DNA of 64,000 nucleotides from Phoronis australis (lineage: Eukaryota; Animalia; Phoronida): positions 788,675-852,674 of the forward strand of contig NMRA01000043.1 of NCBI GenBank assembly GCA_002633005.1. Direction: 5' to 3'. Positions within the stretch are counted from its first letter, which is position 1, and each line of letters starts with the position of its first letter. The notes under the pieces are model-generated. The model searched no databases. It was not told where the DNA came from and saw only the letters and a program-made list of their open reading frames with translations. Positions 63,153 through 64,000 of this stretch are shown here, piece by piece. The position numbers were made by a program, and so were the translations under genes.

Positions 63153-64000
63153 TGTTTCGAAACTTAAATTTTTACTTTACATTAGATGCTATTAAATAAA
63201 ATAAAATAAAATAAAATAAAGTACAAATATTTGTGAAACGGTATGAAGTTGAATTTCTTCCTCTTTTTGCTTCTTTCGGCACACATATAGTCTATGGTTT
63301 ATCGAAGAGAATATTTAACTGATCAGGAAATCATGAAGTGTACTAACTGCTACGTACTTTTCATCATTCATTCATCTCATTCTTCATTAGTCTCATTCTT
63401 CATTCATATCATTCTTCATTCATCTCATTCTTCATTCATCGTTGACTTGCAATTCAAGTTCTCAAGCTCATTCCAAAACCATCTTAGCATTTTTCTTTGT
63501 AACCAATGATAATGAAACAAAGATGGCCATACTATAATTGTGTTAAAATGTTCCTGTGCGCTAACTGGTTAGAATTACTACCTTGATTAACATGACGGAA
63601 CTATCCCTTACCTTGAGTGACATCAGCTGCAAACAGTATCTTCTGAAAGCATTTGACATATACACTTTGAAATTCTTAACATGCACAATGTCCACGTCAC
63701 ACCACACTCATTCTCAGAACATTCAAGCCTATCTTAATTTTTTATGGGAATGGTTTGGAGACTGGTGCAATAAGTGGAAAACTGGCCAAACACAGGCATC
63801 GAATGACGCACCATCAACAGGGTTCGTACTCAGTGGACAGCGCTTGTCCTGTTTTCGAGAGCACACTACCTTGGCGTTACAAGGTCCTAAAATCATTTTA
63901 AAAACCCTAACCGTGTCTTCCATTCAATCAACACACACTGAACTACATTTTTATCACAAGTAAAATATGCTGTGGCTACTTGCCATGAAGTGTGGACTGC

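Noticed and set aside
41695-64000. Upstream CASK L27/CaMK exons or a nested gene among the listed short ORFs
   Set aside because: No translation resembled those domains; the ORFs fall in repeats or lack splice and homology support

Overview
Animal (invertebrate, probably lophotrochozoan) genomic DNA with two convergent intron-rich genes. On the + strand are the last 10 coding exons of dyskerin (DKC1/Cbf5, 67-12612). On the - strand is the L27-PDZ-SH3-HOOK-GK part of the MAGUK CASK/LIN-2 (41694-18720); its further upstream exons were not found in the window. Main observations: (1) five intact copies plus one relic of a box C/D snoRNA resembling SNORD100, with a guide complementary to 18S rRNA, one intact copy per dyskerin intron; (2) duplicated, frame-compatible CASK exons in the GK and PDZ domains that look mutually exclusive, plus a candidate microexon and candidate alternative N-termini; (3) a 46-bp minisatellite that multiplies a CASK splice donor 14 times; (4) a dispersed repeat family carrying CTCF-like motifs about every 147 bp; (5) pogo-, P-, Kolobok- and Helentron-like non-autonomous elements, some with captured coding fragments. 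Family assignments rest on recalled sequences and no database search was run.
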